Positions 59,527 through 64,000 of a stretch of 64,000 bases of DNA are shown in pieces. The position numbers and the translations under genes are program-made. The notes beneath the pieces were generated by a model, which was not told the DNA's origin, searched no databases, and worked only from the letters and a program-made list of their open reading frames with translations. The stretch is from Planctomycetota bacterium (GTDB taxonomy: Bacteria; Planctomycetota; PLA2; JAEUHO01). Each line of letters begins with the position of its first letter. Within the stretch, counting starts at the first letter, position 1. The stretch spans positions 32,001-96,000 of the forward strand of contig JBFWRP010000005.1 in the NCBI GenBank assembly GCA_050248855.1. The letters are read 5' to 3'.

Positions 59527-60201
59527 CTACGTCCGCTGACGACCGTGTGGCGAATCGCGAGCCAGTCGGAGCGCCGTCGCCTTGTTCACGTAGTGGCCGG
59601 CACTCGGCATCGCCACCGCCCAGAGGGCCACGATCTGCAAGCCGAGGCCCAGCAGACCGAGGAGGACCGGCTCCTCGCCGATGGTGATCAGCGAGTAGAA
59701 GAGACCGAGCGACCACAGCACCACGAGCAGATTGCGCGCCCAGATCCGGCCTCGAGCAAGCGCCACGGCGAGTGCCCCGCCGCCGACCGCGACGATCAAG
59801 AGGACCGCGCCGACAAGCAGGGCCTTGCTGCGCCCCGCCGCCGGCACGTGCGACCCTGCCTCTCCCCAGATCAGCCCCGCGATGATGAAGTTCAGGAAGG
59901 CTGCCTGCACCACGAACACGATCGCCACCACGATGCTGGCCGGCATGCGCAGGGGCGTCTCGTCGAAGATGGTCGGCGGAGGCTTGCGCGCGATGGGGCG
60001 AACCCGGGGCGGCGGAGCAATCACGGCCTCCCAGGGTTGGCCGAGGGCCACGCCTAGCGGCTGCCAAGCGGCCTGGTCGTGCGAAGCCGGCGTGGCCTCA
60101 TCCACGTGCTGGGCACGAGCGAGATCGGCGACCTGGGCACGCGTAAAGGGGCCCATCTCTTGGCCCTCGACATGAACCCACCACTGCTCGGACGCATCCA
60201 T
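59527..60201 (-). CDS. GYF_2/DUF4339 domain membrane protein
   Basis: WWVHVEGQEMGPF..L..T...WQPL, then four TM helices. Confidence 0.75.
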   Translation of the reverse strand: MDASEQWWVHVEGQEMGPFTRAQVADLARAQHVDEATPASHDQAAWQPLGVALGQPWEAVIAPPPRVRPIARKPPPTIFDETPLRMPASIVVAIVFVVQAAFLNFIIAGLIWGEAGSHVPAAGRSKALLVGAVLLIVAVGGGALAVALARGRIWARNLLVVLWSLGLFYSLITIGEEPVLLGLLGLGLQIVALWAVAMPSAGHYVNKATALRLARDSPHGRQRT

Positions 60202-60301
60202 GCAGGCGAGAGCGTAGCGAACGCCCACCGAACACGCCATGGGCGGGTGGTCCGGGCTCGCGACACATGTGAGCGGCCCCCGTGGCGTCGGCGTACCGCC
60301 A

Positions 60302-61960
60302 TCAGGGGAGGCGGCGTAGCCCTTCCTCCGTCTCCTCGAACCGCGTGACCTGACCGGCCTCCACGGTCACCTCGTGCTCTTCGATCGGCTCACCCTTGCC
60401 ACCGAATCGCTGAAGCGTGTACCGGCCCGGTACGAGCCACCACGTGGTGCCAGCTCCCACGACACCATCGGAGTCGTTCGAGCGGCTGGAGAGCCATGAC
60501 ATCCGGTTGCTCCCGTCCTCGAACATGCAGCGTGTGGGCACGTTGCCGTCTCGCACGCGCAACGTGCGGCGCGGTGCCTGGGGCCCGCGCGAGCCGAGGA
60601 CGTGCAGGCCCCCCGCCCTCTGCACGGGCAACCGGACCTCCAGACGGTCCCCGACCGCGGCCTCGATCGCCATGGGCGACGCAACCCAGACTTCGTCTCC
60701 GTGGACGATGGCACCGGCGACCTCGGCCCCACCTGGCTCGAACAGGACGAGAAGGCAACGGTTGCCGCGGGCGGACGCGAGCGGGCCTCCCCACGGCCCC
60801 TTGCGAGAAGCGTGCTTCGCCCCCACGGAGCACGCTGGAGGCCGCTCCACCATTGCGAAGGGGTTGTCCAGCTCCACGCCCACCAAGATGGACTCGTCGT
60901 GGAACGTCTCGTCGAAGCTGATCTCGACGACATCGTCCAGCTTCAGGTCGTCGGTTTCGACGGGCGGGGATTCCGCGCCGCGCAGGCGGTGGTCGAGCCG
61001 CCACCTGCCCGGCATGAGCCGCAGCTTCTGCTCCCGGAGGAACAGGTCAAACGACCTCCACGCCTGCTCGCTACCGTCGGGCAACAGCCTCACGGTCTGC
61101 AACTCGCGAGGCGCCGCAGGGTAGTACGTCCCACCGAGCGTGGCACCGAGGCGAGGTAGGACGACGGGGTTGCGTTGGATGGCGATCTCGACCTCCTCGT
61201 CGTCCAACACGATGGGCCGTTCACGGAATCCGGCGAACTCGGCAAGCACGTTCCAGCCGCCACGCTCCGGCATCGTGACGGTCAAGGAGGTCGTGTGAAA
61301 CCCACCCAGCGTGAAGCGACCGTCGGGTCCTGTCGTCACCTCTTGCAGCAGATCCACTTCGGTGTCCCGAACCAGCAAGCGAATGTCGGGGACTCCCACG
61401 CCGCTCTTGTCGACAGCACGTCCACGAAGCTGGTGCGTTCCGACATATCCGGCGCCGACGCCGAGGCCGAACGGCGGCTGCACGACATCGCCCTGCGGCA
61501 TGCGGCCAGGCATGAACAGCTGCAGGCGGCCCTCGGCCTCGATGTAGGGGATCACGAAGCCCGCTTCGTCCCCTTCGAGGCGAAAGGAAGCGGGACCCTT
61601 CGATAGGTCCAGCTCCTCGGTGGTGTACACGCGGGTGGGAGGCTCCGAGGTCATGCCGGAGCGCGGCCACCAGTGCGCGACCACGCGTGCCTTGGACACC
61701 TCGGGTCGGATGGACTGCACGGTCCCGAAGTACCACCAGCGGTCGTGACGCGGCGCATGCGCGTGCTTGGACGGCTCCCTCGTCTCATAGGTTGGGGCTA
61801 CCAGCTCGGGGGTCCCGCCTCCAAGGTCCGTGGGGTCCCCACCCGCGGGACCGTTCTTCGCGGTCGCTACGTCACCCGACTCGTCTGACAACCATGCGAG
61901 CGCACCGAGGGCCACCGCGAGCACCGACAGGACAGCCACTCGCTTGGCGGTGCGACTCAC
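60302..61960 (-). CDS. Membrane-anchored carboxypeptidase-regulatory-like domain protein
   Basis: N-terminal TM; LRGRAVDKSGVGVPD..TTGPDGRFTL; LVPGRYTL..VTVEAGQVT. Confidence 0.6.
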   Translation of the reverse strand: MSRTAKRVAVLSVLAVALGALAWLSDESGDVATAKNGPAGGDPTDLGGGTPELVAPTYETREPSKHAHAPRHDRWWYFGTVQSIRPEVSKARVVAHWWPRSGMTSEPPTRVYTTEELDLSKGPASFRLEGDEAGFVIPYIEAEGRLQLFMPGRMPQGDVVQPPFGLGVGAGYVGTHQLRGRAVDKSGVGVPDIRLLVRDTEVDLLQEVTTGPDGRFTLGGFHTTSLTVTMPERGGWNVLAEFAGFRERPIVLDDEEVEIAIQRNPVVLPRLGATLGGTYYPAAPRELQTVRLLPDGSEQAWRSFDLFLREQKLRLMPGRWRLDHRLRGAESPPVETDDLKLDDVVEISFDETFHDESILVGVELDNPFAMVERPPACSVGAKHASRKGPWGGPLASARGNRCLLVLFEPGGAEVAGAIVHGDEVWVASPMAIEAAVGDRLEVRLPVQRAGGLHVLGSRGPQAPRRTLRVRDGNVPTRCMFEDGSNRMSWLSSRSNDSDGVVGAGTTWWLVPGRYTLQRFGGKGEPIEEHEVTVEAGQVTRFEETEEGLRRLP

Positions 61961-62166
61961 GCTGCGGCCTCGTCGGTCGCGGCGGACGCCGCGTCAGCGC
62001 TCCGCCGGCGTGCGCAGCAAACGCGCGCACGGGGTGCGGGCGAGGGCCAGAGGGCCCCCACCGCCGTGGACCGTGCATCTTGCGTCTGCATGTCCGACCT
62101 CGGCACCTCTCCCCTCTCCGCACCGCCTGCTGTGTGCACCGACCACGCATCACCGGGCGTTCGATC

Positions 62167-63549
62167 TCATCTCGCGCGGATCTTCTCCAACGCGCGCTTG
62201 GCGTTCTTGGAGCCCTGCCGGGCGAGGGCCTCGAGCGCCGGGACAGCCTCTTCGGCAGCTGGGCCGATCTGTCCGAGTGCGCCCATGGCCACCGCTCGGA
62301 TCTCTGCGATCTCGTCATCCAGGGCCTTGACGAGCGCCGGAACGGCTTCCGCCCCGTCAGGGCCCGCTTCGCCGATTCCACACAGTGCGTAGAGCTGGAT
62401 CACTGGGTCACCGCGTTCGAGCAGCGGAATCAGCGCCTTGACACCACCGGACTTGATCTTCCCCAACCGCATCGCCGCCTGGATTCGCAGGCGTCCCTCC
62501 GTGTCCTCGTCCTGGATGGTTGCCACCAGCTCGTCCAGGAGCTGTTGGGAGACGGCGGTGTCGGCACCTCGCTCGCCATCGCCTTCGCTGGCCGGACGCA
62601 GCGTGAGATCGACCGTGGCTTTCTCCCCCTGCGTCTGCACCGAGACCGGCCCGGCCCACGCAGAGCTCAGGAACTCGTCACTGTAGGCACGCACGTGATA
62701 GGCCCGGCCAAGGCCCAGCCCGTCGATGGCGAAGCGACCCTTCCCGTCCGTAACCTGCGCGTCGAGGTAGGTGTGCTCGCTTGCCGAGCCGGGCGAGGCG
62801 GAGCGAGGATCTTCCTTCAACACGGGAGTGCCGTCCGCGATCACGTAGACGTTCGCCCCCATCACCGGCTTGCCATCCGGATCGAAGACCCTGCCGCGGA
62901 CCCGGCCGCCGGCAGCCAGGCGAAACTCCAGCGGCTGGGGAGCCACGCGTCCCTTGTCGGCTCGCACGGCGATTCGTCCTTGGGCGAATCCAGGCGCTCG
63001 CACGATTACCGTCGAGATGCCGTCGAGGGGAATCCCGGGGATCTGGAACCTGCCGTCCTCGCCCGTGGAGACGATCGCGAAGCTCGATCCGTTCGGCCTT
63101 GCCTCGCGCTGATCGTGAAACCGTCCTCCGGCCACAGCCTTCACCTGGGCGCGCCGCACCGGCGCGCCGGCTTCGTCGAGAACGACGCCGTCCAGCACCG
63201 TGCCGGGCGCGAGCGCGACGCGAAGGGGCCCCTGCACGTCGGCCAGCACGACGACCTCCACCTCGACGCCGACGTAGCCCCGCGCGGTCACCCGCAGGGC
63301 AAGGCTCTCCACCTCGAGGCCGCCGATCTCCGCGGTTCCCTGCTCGTCCGTCTGCCTGGGCCACTCCGTGGTGCCGCTCGGCGACTCGGACCGAGCGCGC
63401 ACGTCCGCTCCCGGGATCGCCTCGCCGGTGTCCTTGGCCTCGACGAGCACGGTCAGTGAGCGAGACGGGCCTGCTTCTGCAGATTGCCCGCCGAGCAGGA
63501 AGCTCGGCGCAGCGAGCACCAAGATGGCTACACGGGCGTGCCGGCTCAT
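62167..63549 (-). CDS. Secreted protein with carboxypeptidase-regulatory-like repeats and C-terminal HEAT repeats
   Basis: Signal peptide; three G.V.D..G.PV.GA.V..TD..GRF repeats; AVPALVKALDDE..IRAVAMGALGQIGPAAEEAVPAL. Confidence 0.8.
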   Translation of the reverse strand: MSRHARVAILVLAAPSFLLGGQSAEAGPSRSLTVLVEAKDTGEAIPGADVRARSESPSGTTEWPRQTDEQGTAEIGGLEVESLALRVTARGYVGVEVEVVVLADVQGPLRVALAPGTVLDGVVLDEAGAPVRRAQVKAVAGGRFHDQREARPNGSSFAIVSTGEDGRFQIPGIPLDGISTVIVRAPGFAQGRIAVRADKGRVAPQPLEFRLAAGGRVRGRVFDPDGKPVMGANVYVIADGTPVLKEDPRSASPGSASEHTYLDAQVTDGKGRFAIDGLGLGRAYHVRAYSDEFLSSAWAGPVSVQTQGEKATVDLTLRPASEGDGERGADTAVSQQLLDELVATIQDEDTEGRLRIQAAMRLGKIKSGGVKALIPLLERGDPVIQLYALCGIGEAGPDGAEAVPALVKALDDEIAEIRAVAMGALGQIGPAAEEAVPALEALARQGSKNAKRALEKIRAR

Positions 63550-63790
63550 GGGCGCACTCTCCTCGGCATCGGCCCAAACGCACCATCCAGGGTACATGGC
63601 GCGCGAAGAGGACCCTGGCCGACGGCGACCAGCGCCTCCACCGGCCAGGAGGACTGCGGATCCAGGGCGCCGAACGGGGGGCGTTCATCCCAGGCTCTCG
63701 GCGGACCTGCGAGCCGTAGTCGGCCTCGCAGGCACGCCACGGGAGGGGGAGGCAGCACCCCGCCCCGCCTACGTCTCCCTGCCTCTGCAG

Positions 63791-64000
63791 TCAGGGCGCG
63801 AGTGTGACCGTCACCGTGGCGAGACCTACGACCGATTGATACCCCGGCAGCCGCTCGTCGATCTGCGAGTCCTGGTACCCGCTGCTAGGGAAGTACACGA
63901 GCTGCGGATCCAGCTCATCCAGCATGGAGGAGTCCGTGGCCACCCAACTATCTCCCTGACCCAAGTAGTCCGCGCTCGAGCTCTCCCAAACGACGATCTC
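63791..64000 (-). CDS. 3' end of a hypothetical protein (partial)
   Basis: Open frame from the window end: EIVVWESSSADYLG...VGLATVTVTLAP then TGA at 63791. Confidence 0.45.
   Translation of the reverse strand, partial: EIVVWESSSADYLGQGDSWVATDSSMLDELDPQLVYFPSSGYQDSQIDERLPGYQSVVGLATVTVTLAP

Overview
Very GC-rich bacterial chromosomal segment. It is most consistent with an uncultured Planctomycetota lineage, inferred from the tpiA-secG-yicC-gmk-rpoZ-coaC synteny, an OmcB-like DUF11 lipoprotein, and an ECF sigma factor fused to carboxypeptidase-regulatory-like repeats. 1-13.2 kb (minus strand) is one respiratory cluster: HEAT-repeat protein, Rieske, split b6-type cytochrome b, an 8-haem cytochrome c, two cupredoxin-like lipoproteins, cbb3-type ccoN, and a ccoO-multihaem fusion that is missing from the ORF track and runs off the window. 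13.6-37 kb holds a lipoprotein animal-type haem peroxidase, a REP-like palindrome and housekeeping genes (DAHP synthase, tpiA, secG, gmk, rpoZ, coaC, ftsK, rimO, pgsA, pgpA, fhs, plsC, rnhB-like). It also holds a motor-less FtsK paralogue, a duplicated ftsK 3' end and a candidate sRNA. 37-47 kb holds stress and accessory genes (csbD, secreted katG, PhoX). 47-64 kb is an accessory region with five membrane-anchored or secreted carboxypeptidase-regulatory-like proteins (one fused to an ECF sigma factor with an apparent internal start), duplicated GNATs, an AAA_14/DUF4143 ATPase and a nucleotidyltransferase. No rRNA, tRNA, CRISPR array, transposase or integrase was seen. All family calls come from motif recognition by eye, not database searches.
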